Source: Acanthaster planci (Eukaryota). From it: a stretch of 64,000 nt of DNA. The stretch lies in assembly GCF_001949145.1 (NCBI RefSeq), contig NW_019091357.1:1791704-1855703 (forward strand), given 5' to 3'. This document shows, in pieces, positions 24,049 through 36,338 of this stretch (its first letter is position 1; each line of letters starts with the position of its first letter). The notes under the pieces are model-generated. The model was given only the letters and a program-made list of their open reading frames with translations. It did no database searches and had not been told where the DNA came from. The translations under genes were made by a program, and so were the position numbers.

Positions 24049-27010
24049 TCTCACGATTAAGCTTGCTGCAGTTCAGCGTATTGGAAAGACGTTCAAAGAT
24101 CCTGTTTGATTCGGGACGACCAGAGAGATGGGACATCAGCCAAACCGTCGCGCCTTCCACTCTATTAAACTGCGATTATAATATCATGGCACTGTGTACT
24201 TCGCCGTGTTTCTCTACGTTCCCAGGCGGGCGCAAGTCCTTCTGTTGTCAATCCGAGCTAGCCAAGCGTTTCCCTTATAATTATATCGTGCAGAGGTCAA
24301 TAGATTTTGACATGACAGCATTATGGACCCACAGATTTAGAATACGGACGCAAACCCGTGCAAAAGACGACATAGTTTGACATTTTCAATAGGTTTCTCT
24401 GTAAGCATGGATGCGCCTACCAGGCTTCACTTGTCACGGAGAATTACCTTTCCAATAAGTTAACATAGCTCTATGATATACACACACTTTTCTAGGGCAG
24501 CTGTGTTTAATAAATTGCATCTTTCATTCGGAAAAAAAATGCCGTGTATAAAGCTTAAATAAACTGATCCACGAAATTTCAATTAATTGTGGGTACCCAT
24601 GCACTTCCAATGAGAGTCTACGCAGTGAGCAAATTTTGGTAGCCTCTCGACCAATAAGAAAGCTTGATAAAGCCTCACGTGACCTTCATTAGGGGAGGTG
24701 TCGGTAATTTTCTGAGGGGGTTGTGTAAATGCAAATAGATAAAACGCGTAGACTTTTAAACTTGAAGTACATTGTTATGCGTATTCGCTTAGTAGTTGGA
24801 TTAAACAAACAATACAGTTTCTTTTTTGTTAATTTTTGTTAATATTTTTTTTTAATTAAATACGTACACGTCTATAAGGCTAGGGTACAATACCGTATGC
24901 AGTTGGGTTTCATTTTCATGCGAAAACAGTGGGATGCATTTTTAAAATGGCTTTTCCCGCGCAGTGAAATTTCCTTCAGTTTAGGGGTGGTCTGCTTTGG
25001 GTGAGAATTTCTCAAAAATTCATTGGTCAACCCACTAAAAATTGAACGGAAAATGAAAGAGGACATGTGGAACATCATTTTTCTGTGCAGCCTTAACACT
25101 GTGAGAGTTGTATTTTTAAAATATTTGTGAAGTATTGGGATTTATCACTGCTGTCTATGGGAATATATTTGCACCCTTGGTAGTGTAGTGAACTGTACCT
25201 GAGTTAGGGCGCCCTCATCCTTCCAAACGCTTCACGAAGGCAATTAACAAGTTTATACTTTTTAGGCGTTTTCCGTGCACGCGGTGTCAAGGTTGTGTCT
25301 TTGCTTTGGGTTCTCGAATGTAGAACTGTACTTTCTGCATTTTGCTTCTATTAATTTCCAGGGAGCATGGCTTCGGCCATGCCCCAAAGTGTGGGAGAGA
25401 GTCAATGCTAGAATCCCCTGGTAAGTACTTCTCATTGTATGAATATTTCGCACGATCTCCTGTCGGAGAAATTGTACGATTTACGCGGCCCAATGTGGTG
25501 ACTGTTTTCTGTATTACAACGTTCCATAGTGTATTGGTCAGCGAGCTGTGTTACTTAGCCATGTGCCCCGTTAGCCTTTGACCATCGACCCATTGTTATT
25601 ATTTACGGTGCCGTCTAGCCATTACACTACACCAACTGTTTTCATATTCTTAAATTGTAGTTTTGGAGTTAGACATCATTTATTGTTCACGTGCTCTCCA
25701 AGTGCCCGTCCGCTTTAATGACGGGACCGTTCCTCCTTCCATCGTCCAACTGACAGGGGGCTGGTCAGCTACAGTTGGAACTGCACTTTGCTGGTTCTCG
25801 AACGAGTATAAATGCACCAGTTACGGTCGCATCGCTACCGTTAAAATGAAAGCTTCCGACCAGCATGGCTCTTTTCTACTGATGAGGGGGTGCTTCTGCT
25901 CCAGGCGGATAGTGTATTGTTATATTTCATCAAGATGGCTAAATTACTAAATACATGTAAATGCTGATTCGTGCAGTTTCCAACGGCCTTAATACCACTG
26001 ACCGCTGTGACGACGATTTGTGCTTTATAAAAGAAAGTAATGTGAATCACCAAACGTCATTGCACTTGACTTGTTAAACGCACTCCAGTAAACAAAATAA
26101 AATCATCCAGAGTTGATAATACGTGAGCTTCTTTTTACTGACATTACTCAGGACTTCAGAAGCAGCGGGTCTTTGTGACAGAGCACTGACAACAGAGTAA
26201 TGTAAGCGATTCAAAGCCACGACGCTTCCTTGATTCTGTAAAAACTGGTGTAACCTTGCATCGTTGTTGGCCTTCACGGAATGTATTTGTACTACGCTAC
26301 GCTCGTTTGTCCTAATCATTTATCACAAGCTGAACAGCCTTCTAGTCTCTCCATTAAGAAATGGAAGTGGTTTGGGTTGTTTCCAACTTAACTTCTACAC
26401 AACATGGAAGGCATATTCGGGCCTACCTTTTAGTGCTGGGCTTGGTTTCGTTCATCGAGATCGAGAATCTGCTAAATTATGATAAACTATGCCTAATCAT
26501 AATAAATAAATGTCAGTCATTGGAAGATCCATGCTGCTGACGTAGTTTATGCAGCACAGTTTCACAGTATTGGGAGTCAAATCCTCAAAACTAAGTACAG
26601 AGTACTGTGAGTACTTAAGGGGCCGAATGCCGGGCCGAGTGCAAGTACACTCCAACGCACCGAATACAAGAAAATCAAGGCCTCGTACTGGTCTGAGTAA
26701 AAGTACTGAAGTCCAAGTCCGAATACATGAACGTGCTAAGAAGCCCACGTAACAATCGAAAATCGCTGTTATGTTCTGGTCACATATGCTGGTAACACGT
26801 TGTACATCAATATTGCTGTTGAAAGCTATTGTTGAATGTTGCTGTTTTCCATTTGCCCTGCATTCACCGGGTAGCCATTTGTTCTGCTTTCCAATGCAGA
26901 CAACACCCCCCTCCATTTGTTTTTCTCGCCCCAATCCCTCGTTCTCTTGCAGTTCTACTATTTGTAATCAGGCTTGCTAAAGTGGTTTTCCTACTCTATT
27001 ACCCCGACAG

Positions 27011-27134
27011 AGTTTTCACGGTGCCCAGCTGGTGAACTGGTTGGCGAGGAGCAACAAATTCTCGACCAGACAAGAAGCTATCGGCTTGGGCAAGGATCTC
27101 TTGGACCTCCTGGAGCTCAGTCTCACCAAACACT
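27011..27134 (+). pseudogene. Duplicated, inverted DEPTOR exon (second DEP domain) with flanking intron, homology about 26830-27145
   Basis: Reverse-complement match to 42954-43068 and upstream intron; reads SFHGAQLVNWLARSNKFSTRQEAIGLGKDLLDLLELSLTKH with acceptor CAG and donor GTGAGT retained. Confidence 0.85.
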
Positions 27135-28769
27135 GTGAGTACCGTACCTCTACTCTGTACATCGGACTTTGAGCTGGAGGCACTCACAAGCTTCTTTCGG
27201 TGTGGGTTGCTTGTACTATAGACAAATAAAGTAGCACTTTTTTCATTTATCGGGAAAAGCAAAGTTCTATTTTAGTCAAGTTGGAATTCTGTTTCTGTAC
27301 TCTCCTGTGGTTTCACAACATCCAGTGCAGTAGCCCACAGTTCACCTGTCCATATGTTCTCTAATTTTCGTTCATACGAAACTTGAAGTGATGTGGTTTC
27401 TTATCCTTTCCTAAATGGAACACTTGAGTTTTATTGTGACTAATTCAGTTTGTGTTTAATACATGTATTATGAAATTTTACCATGTGATTGTTGCATTTT
27501 CCGCTGTTGTGCTTGCAATTTCCAGTAATATATCAAAGTGCCCGGTTTTCAACGGCAGTTACACATGTTCTGAAATGTGGCTAGGCCCTATACGTTTAGT
27601 TTAGCGTTTAGTAGTATATACCGTTATACGTTTAGCATTTGGAGATATAATTTTAGCCCTTCATGCTGATCGCAGTCTGTGACATTTTTCAGACATGCCT
27701 AGTGAAATTACAATTGATATGATTGGCTTCAACTACACCGTCACCACTGTTATAAATTGCCATCACCTTTAAATGGAGCAAACTCTGCAGAAAGTAAAGA
27801 AAGGGGAGGAAATGAATGAACCGGTTGAGTAAACAGTATTAAGCGTCAGTAGTATGGCTCTGCAGGATGTCAATCAAATCCTCACTTTGCATTATAATTA
27901 GGCCTACATTTGGAATTGAGAGCGGGGTCGGAATCACATGGACACGGGTTGGTAAGGTGGGCACATTGAAGCTATATACCGCTAAGCGGCATCAATGCTT
28001 CCATTCCCACGCTATGCCCATGTTACGTTTGCATGCGTCTCCCAAGTCGCAACCAAGTCTAGACCACGTTACTTTCGACGCGGCCAGGGTAAGCTTGAGA
28101 TCGCCCGTAAGAGGCAACATCAGCCCCGACAGCGTGTTTCGCTGGTGACCACGAGTGCTGGTAATGGTATTTCCTTTTGAAAAAAGGGAAAGAGTAGCCG
28201 TTTCTCTGTCAGTCGCTGTTGTTGTATGACTAGCAGTCGCGAACAAATTTTATTAAAACTAAGCTTAAACTGTAGCACATCAGTAGCTTGGCTTACTTTT
28301 GCTGGTATGCATGCAAATGTATGATGTAAAACGAACAACGCCTATATAGCAACTCTAATCGAATTATCAATAACATTGCAGCACGTGGGCTTTCACCTTT
28401 ACAATGGCAACACACGTCTGACTGAAATTTTATGAATCGATCGATTTTCACACTTTGGATCTTTTTCCCGAACGATATGGTTAAACTTGTAGTTACAGCC
28501 AACCTTGAAAAGTGTGTTTATATTGAATCGTGCAGATTTTCCAACCAATGGCCAGCCAGTCCAAATCATTGTCCACGAATTGCATCGATGGTTTATGTTT
28601 GGTCTGTGGGCTGATAGGCCTACCTCACGCATCTGCCTGATTGTTACCTGTATCATGTGTATCCTGTATTGTGTCATGTATCAAACATCATGTCGTGTTA
28701 TAGCATTGCACAACCAAGAACTTCATTATCTCGGTTCTGTTTTTTTTCTTCAAGCAGTTTGATACCGTT

Positions 28770-28776
28770 TATAAAA
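28770..28776 (+). promoter_or_regulatory. Candidate TATA box of B4GALT copy B
   Basis: TATAAAA about 245 bp upstream of ATG 29015; the same motif is at the paralogous position of copy C (near 36580, minus) and a TATAAT variant in copy A (near 24280). Confidence 0.45.
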
Positions 28777-29014
28777 TTAGTGGGAAGGCACCTGACTGTC
28801 TGAGATTGAGTTTACGAGGACTTGCACAAGACTAAGGTTATTAACGCCGACGAAAAGCAGGGAAGCGCAGTGGCGTGATATTACTGCAGATCGGTTGAAA
28901 GGCGCGGTTCGGCTGATGCCGTGTCTCTCTGGTCGTCCCGACTCAGACAAGATCACTGGACGGTACGCTTAACACTTTCTGATACGCTGAATTGTAGCAG
29001 GCTTGGCCGTGAGA

Positions 29015-32000
29015 ATGACTGGGATATACGTGGCCCTCGTTGTCTGTTTGGTGCTCGGAACGGCTCTACAGTTCGTCGTCCTCCCTCTGTTTTACTTTCA
29101 CCGTGGCGTGAATGGAGATTGGTACCAGTTTGAAGGTGCGTGCGAAAAAGATCTTTTTGGAGAAATCTGATACTCTTTTTAGGACTTCCATGTAGAGTTT
29201 GTTGTTGGTTCATACCGCCAAAGTAGTTATAATCTAATGACTGAAACTTATTAAAGTGATATGCTAAGGGTATATTGTTCCTTTTTGTTTCTACTTGCCC
29301 CCAAAGAAATCTACATTCCTACTGAATCCAACTGGATCGGTTCTGCTGGAGGAATCATCAGCACTGGTAAGATTCAGGTCGGGCTGATTGTTTTTATTAT
29401 CATTATCATTAGTATTTTTGATCCGGCCTTCTGAATTCAATACAAATACGATAGTATAGGACAACACACACTAAGACCAGTAAATGGATTATTTAAGAAA
29501 AATTAAGAACAATTCATTTTAGAACAACTAACCCAGGGATATAAAGGGGGTACGTTAGCATGTATTGGATAGGGGAGAGGTGTAATAAGGGTGCTGGAGG
29601 GGGGAGGGAGGAGGGTTGTAAGAGGGAGAAATTGTGGGTAGGGGGAATTGTGGGAGTAGGAATATAGGAAGGGAATTAGTATATTATTCACAGTATTTCA
29701 TTCATGGTATTCAGTTGCTGATGCTCTCGGACCACGTCGGTTGTTTGTGGGTGTCTGGTAAATTGGTGGGATCTTTACTAATGGATAGTTCTAGATTCGG
29801 GTACCCTTTATTTTGCACTTGATGTGGGGGCATTCCATTACGCCCTGATCACATCTCTGTATTGGTATAATCATCGGTTCGGGAATTGTTCTTTAATTAT
29901 TTCAATATTCCTCTCTCCTGTCTTGTGTTGTGTTAGTTCTACCAAGAAACGGAAGCCTAACAGACAGAATCCGGTATCATAGGCTGTCGGAGTGTCCTGA
30001 TCATTCCAACATTCCGAATCTAAGTAAGCGACCAAAAGCATGTACCAACTCATGATTGTTATTGTATCACCTTCTTCAGATACCCTATCCTTTTAGTTTT
30101 TCAGTTACCATAATTGTGAGCATTATTTGCATTTGATTAATTTGTGGACGTTTGACCCCAGTGTCTATCCCATCTCCACCTACATCGAGCACTGCCCCTC
30201 CCCCAACCAGGAAGGGCATTTTTTGACCTGTAGGGTATCTGCCAGTCTTGAAGCAAATGCATGTATGCATCTATGTCAGGATGAACCGTTAATTCGAACG
30301 AGGTGGCCAGAGCAAACTGGCAGTCGAGGTTGGACACGTGACAGCATGATGTCATGCTGGCGGTTTCTTGAACAGTGACAACCTCCGTGATGACATGCAA
30401 GTTCTGTGGTTAGTTGCTGGAAAGATATAATGATGTTACAAGTGTGTTTGTGGCACTAGTTAACGAATGGGTGGAGATGACCATGCAAGGTTTGCTTATC
30501 TGCTGCTATTAACAAACTTATCGGCTGTATTTCATGCTGATGATAACTTCAATGTTTTTCTGACATTACCAGATAAATTGACCTTCTACGAGCTGGACGA
30601 TTCAGTGACTATGGACCAAGCAGAGAAGATAGTTTTTGGTGCCGAGGCGTTGGAGAGAGCCAGGCGAGCTACAGCGCTCGCCGACTCTGCCATCCCAAAA
30701 CTCATCGACAAGAAAATCTGGTTCAAAACCTCGGGAAGGAGGATTATGGAGGCCAATCTAGCCGAACTGGAGATGAAGATAGGGAACTATACATTCATCC
30801 CAGGTGGCCACTGGAGGCCCAATCATTGCATACCAAAGGGGAAGGTTAGATAAAGTCACACCAGTTTGAGTAATAAAGAACATGTATAACTTCATCAGAG
30901 TATGTATAACTGGGTTTTCGTTTTCAACCAGGTTTGGATAATAAAACACGTCGAGGAAGTTGCATAAAGTTCACCTTGACAAAATAGGCCTACAACATTC
31001 TTTGACTAGAATCTGCTGTTTGTTCTTTGATTCGTTTCTCCAGGTGGCTATCATCATTCCGTTTCGGAATCGTTTCCACCATCTGTCCATCCTCCTTCGC
31101 TACCTCGTCCCTATGCTGCAGAGGCAACTTCTTGAATTCGGTATTTTCACAGTCAACCAGGTATAATCTGCCACGGTTTTATGGATAGCCTTGGTCCAAG
31201 ACGTGATTGATTGATAGTGATGTTATTCTTTTCTGACTGGTGAGAGCACACTATGTTCACCCCTTCCACTTAGTTTTTGCGCATGCGCTAAAATTCGGCA
31301 GAGTCGTGGTCGCTTTCTGTTGTTTTGTTAAAATGGCGACGCTGGCCAGGAAATGAGTGTACCAAAATCCATCTGCGGAGATCTTCCGCATTGTGTAAGA
31401 GTTGGCTGAATTTATACCAGAGAAATATAATCAGGCTTCAGATTTTATTTTGTGATGTGTTTCTTGTTAATCATAAGTGACATTTAAGAGGAAATGGGGT
31501 GAAAAGTGTGTGTGTATACTACATTTCCGAACGTGAAAGAGGGTATTTTAAATTTGAATTGTTCTCCAGTTTTTCCACACAGGCTGCATATCATATGCTT
31601 AATAATTAAAAGAGTGTTTGAAAAAGGTTACCGTGTTATTTTTAAGCTGTTGCAAAATCCTTTGTCATTTTGATCAATTTCAATGGTGGCTCTCTGTCGA
31701 CCGGTCGGCCATGGTTTATGTTTGCACATGTGTACGTTCATGTACATGTACTGTACATGTACGTAACCGTATACTGACACTATAATACGGACAAATGATT
31801 CTCGTGCAAAATATTCAATTCGCATTAGCTTGAAAATTCTACCGATGTTTTATCGGGTCTTAATACACACGGTAGTCTATTTCGTTTATTTGGATAAACT
31901 GGAGAAGTTGTTTTAAAATGGGAAAGACCGTGGACGTTTTTTGTTTTCAAATCTGATCGTGTTTTTATTTTTTTAAAAATCACCTTTTCAGATTTTGTTT

Positions 32001-34856
32001 CAAATATTGTGCAACTGGGTTCGTTATAATACGGTGGTTTAATGTTGTCTTCTCAAATTTCATTTGCTTGTATTTTGTTAAAAATAAATTATGGTCTCCA
32101 TCCGCGGAAAGAAGTATCGTTAACGATGTCCGACGCAGCCTGCCTCGAAATCCACAGTTGAGTGATTGAGTGCGCATGCGGTAACTCTCGACTAAACGAT
32201 GCACAAGGGCGTGGGAGTGAACATAGTGAGCAGGCGAGTTGATCTAATCAGGCCTTCAGAAGGATAACAATGCCAGATCACTCGCGTCTTGAACCGAGAC
32301 TACATTTTTACAAGTCCATTGAAGGTTTACAGTTTTGGGGGTGAAATTTCGGTTGCTCCTAGACAAACGTCTTGCCCCGGGAAGGATTGGAAGCAAACGA
32401 AGAGGGATGCAGCTATCATCAGATGTGACACATAAATTTGAATCTAAAGGAGAACTCGTAGCTTCCTTACCTGCCTTGAGCAGAAGCATGCCCCCTCGTC
32501 GGTTGAAAAGAGCCATGTTAATGGGAAGTTTAATTTTGTTGGTAGCAACTCGACTGTAAGGTGTGCACTTCTATTTCATAGTCGTTGGTGAACCAGCGAA
32601 GTGGGGTTTCCCAGCATCCGTTGCTAGGCAAAATGCGTCTTCTCTTGGTCCAGCTCGAGTGCTCACGGGCACATAATATTGCTACTGACCAATAGTTCAA
32701 ACGAAGCCCATTGGACCAACACCGTAACAAAGTCACATCTCGAGTGCATGCCTCATCCTTGGTTCAATTATCATTATAATCAACAGTCCCGATTAAAAGG
32801 TCTTTCAACCACAAGGAAATCAAAGGGACAAGTAGACCTATACCGTTTCCATCAACAACAAAAGTTCTCATTTACCTTTCCTAATAACTTTTCGACAGGA
32901 AAACGAGTTGAGTTTCAACCGTGCTACCTTAATGAACGTGGGTTTCATGGAGAGCCTGAACATGTCACACTGGGATTGCTTTGTGTTCCACGATGTTGAT
33001 CACGTGCCACTGAGTGACCTGAATTACTACGGATGCTCCAACATGCCACGACACTTTATCACCGGCGACAACGTTTGGAATTACACGTAGGGGAAATAGG
33101 CTTGTTTGCAATTATTTATTGGAGCAGGCGACACGAGTGTTCAAAATTGACGAAATGGTGTGATGCCATTAAAGGTACGGTCCACTGTTTGCAGGTATCC
33201 GAAAAGTGCCTGACGAATTCAGTGTTGAAAAGCATACTTGGCTTAAAGAAGGTTAGGGGACTAAAGTCCCTGGGAAATTATTCTTGTTGACGAGCTGTCA
33301 TTCAGGAGAAAAAGCAATGAACGAACGCCATTTCCAACGGTGTGTCGAATGATGCACTTTTGAAAAACACCGGTAGAACACAAAGTACTTCGTTCTTCAT
33401 TCGGCGAAGTGCTGGCAAGCGTTGGCACGACGCACAGGGCGTTCGGTTTAATCGATCCAATGTGCAAATAACGTAGCTGCAATAGGCCGATAGAACGAGA
33501 TCTTAGAATATTGATTTATTCTTAAAATGTACAGCACACACCGGATAAAACGTCACTACCCTTGTTGTTTGGCACTCCTCTGTAGATTTTGAGCACTTTT
33601 GTTGCCTCAAACGAACATAATGCAAAACTGGAAACTAATGTAGTCTACCCTTAAAGTTATAATTGAATTGAAGCAGGGTGAAGAGTGTGAAGAGAAACTC
33701 GCGTGCAATTTGTGTGACATATTTGAGACATACAACCTCTCGACGAGTACTTTTTTGGCCCAAAATAAACCGTTTCATAGTTTCTTTTGTAAAAGAATAT
33801 TTCACGATTATTTAATCGATTCGAACTCAATTTAAAAGATATGTGACCCGTCATGGAGTGAAAAAAGGAGAGTAAAGCTGCATTCCACTCTTTCCTATTT
33901 TTGAGGGTTTAAAGTCATAGTGAAGTAGAGGTCAACTTTTGGGTTTGGTAATATTTGGAAGGAGTAACCCGTCTCGTATTTAATTCCAAATATCGGTGGA
34001 TCTGATTGTGAAAATGTCATTTTTCTCAGCTGTTTTTGACGATAGCATTGATCGTGCGTTGTCTGAAATGTTGAAACAATGTCGGGAACAACGACGCAAA
34101 GCTGTCAGAATAATGCCACACTGTCACCTTATACTTCTACCCTAAGTGTTCCATGTACATAGGCTTATCACTGGAAAGCCCTCTTTCTACTGAATTCAAA
34201 AATGCAAATATCTCAATTTTGAAAATTCGGACTTTCTGCTCATGTTGTGGCGACAAGTAACATTATGCCGGCGGTTTGAATGGCAAGCAGACAGGACATC
34301 ATGGATCCCTCTGACTTTACAAACCCGACTCACGCTCAAAAACCCTTCTTCTCTCTCGCTACCGTAGGTTGCTTTACGAAAATTTGTTTGGCGGCGTGAC
34401 GGGTTTTCCTGGCAGCGACATACGGAAAATGAACGGTTTCCCCAACGTGTACTGGGGCTGGGGAGGCGAAGACGACGAGATCTTGCTGCGGGCAAGAAAG
34501 GCTAATTTAAAAATATGGCGACGACCACGGGGACGCAGTCGCTTCATCGGATTCTATAAAGTCATCGAACACCATCACCACAGCGCGCCGAAGATACCAG
34601 AGAGGTATGTGTCTTGTTTCTGACCAAATCAAGTTGGGTGGGTGGGTTTGCTTGAGATGTCAGTGTGTACCAATACTCTAAGTTACAAGGGAATTGTCTT
34701 TCTTTAACTGTGTGTCTTTGTAGGTACGATCTTCTGAAGAACTACTCCACCCGCATGAATTACGACGGGCTGAGCAACTTAAGGTACCCGCCCCCTCGCC
34801 TTGAGATCCATCCGTTGTACGTCAACATCTCAGTGGACATCTTTCGGCTTGATTAA
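29015..34856 (+). CDS. B4GALT5/6: Beta-1,4-galactosyltransferase 5/6-like GT7 enzyme, copy B; about 404 aa
   Basis: Eight exons: 29015-29135, 29307-29366, 29937-30023, 30573-30844, 31044-31160, 32899-33086, 34368-34604, 34724-34856 (1215 nt, in frame). Same motifs and exon phases as copy A. Confidence 0.88.
31249..32228. mobile_element. ~980-bp non-autonomous DNA transposon, Chapaev-like (CAC...GTG ends, 4-bp TSD)
   Basis: TIRs CACTATGTTCAC ... GTGAACATAGTG; AGCA duplicated at 31245-31248 and 32229-32232; empty site GGTGAGAGCA|GGCGAG in copy A (near 22115-22130, minus). Confidence 0.85.
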
Positions 34857-35916
34857 GAGGGGAAGTAACTATGGTTACCACCTAGAGAAAGGAAAATGGT
34901 CAAGATAGACACTGAACGGAGCATAACATTTTGCCAGTTTGGCTGTATCACTATCAAACGAGAGGAAAGAGGTTTTAAAATCTCTTATTGAATGCTAAGA
35001 TATGCAGAAACAGATTTGAATGCGATCAAGTTGTGCCAAAAGGCCAAATTATTTGACATAAAGGTGCAAGATTAGCTAACAAAATAAAGATGAAACCAGG
35101 AATCACGTTATACTAAATCGTTAGATCTATGATGTTGATGTGTATTTTAAAGATTCGTCGAGAACAGCGACTTCATGTATACTGAAGTCCACAACTTGGG
35201 GTCACTTTCCATTAAACTCGTTTTCACCTGATCAGTTGTACACGCTTTGTGCCTGGGCGTAAATCCCAGGGAAGAGGGGGTACTGTCACCCCACATTTTG
35301 ACTGCAGGTGAGCTATTTAATTACCTTCCCACTTTTTTGTGGTGAAAAAAAAATTTACGTAGATTTGGAAGAATTTTTTTAACTTGTCAATGTTACAACC
35401 AAAATATATCCAATAGCACCCAAAAGCGGAGAAAAACCAAAAAAGCCCTAAAATTGCCTTTCTGATGTAAGACTTTGTAGGAATATAATACACATTAGAT
35501 GTCCATCTCTATCATGAACATCACCCCTATAATAGTGTCACATGGTGCCAGCCCCCCCCGTCAAGTTTCAGAGGCCGGGCAAGTTATCCCCCTTCCTACT
35601 TGTCCACATTCCCCACCCCTCTGAGTTGTGTATTCTTTTTGTAGCGTACTTCAGGGCCCTTATTAGATCCGAACGAACATTTTCATCTTTTTTTTTTTGA
35701 GAAAAAAGTTGCGATGTCGCAAATTTTGTCGCAAATATTTGCAAAGATATTTGCGATGTTTGGTGTCCCTCCAGGGCCACCATAAGCTCTGGTTGATCTC
35801 AGTTGACTGTCAAGACGGGAGTCGTACAGGTTTTCCACCTACGGGACTGGTGTTCCTTGCTGAAAATGACTTCAATTGAAACCACTGGCCTGCCTTGAAT
35901 TAGCATTGGATCTTAC

Positions 35917-36338
35917 CGATGCCGACGATTCCTCTACCAGAACGTTCAGTTGGATTCGGTTCGAACGTAGATTTCTCCTGGGCCAAATTAAAAACATAAC
36001 AAGTGCAGTAACCTTTCAACATATCCACTTGTTTTTGTTTTGTATGAGTGCTATTTCAACTATTCTGGCCATTTAAACATCAATTAAACCCACAACAAAC
36101 TTGACAATAACGTTCGTCGCATTTATTTCAAGCTCCTAGATGTGGAGGGGCCGAGGTGGAATGCTCATGCGTGAATGCCGAAGTTCTCTTCATAAGACCT
36201 TTTTTCACACGCACCTTCAAACTGGCTCCATTTTACTTTCACACCATCACGGTGAGAGTAATAGAGAAGGAGGATGACGAACTGTAGAGCCGGTCCGAGC
36301 ACCAAACAGGCAACGACGGCCTTGTGTATCCCAGTCAT
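35917..36338 (-). pseudogene. B4GALT copy C: exons 1-2 only, disrupted
   Basis: Exon 1 36338-36215 (MTGIHKAVVACLVLGPALQFVILLLYYSHRDGVKVKWSQFE); exon 2 35977-35917 has TGA where copy B has TGG and is 61 nt (frameshift); no downstream exons. Upstream flank matches the flanks of A and B. Confidence 0.85.
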
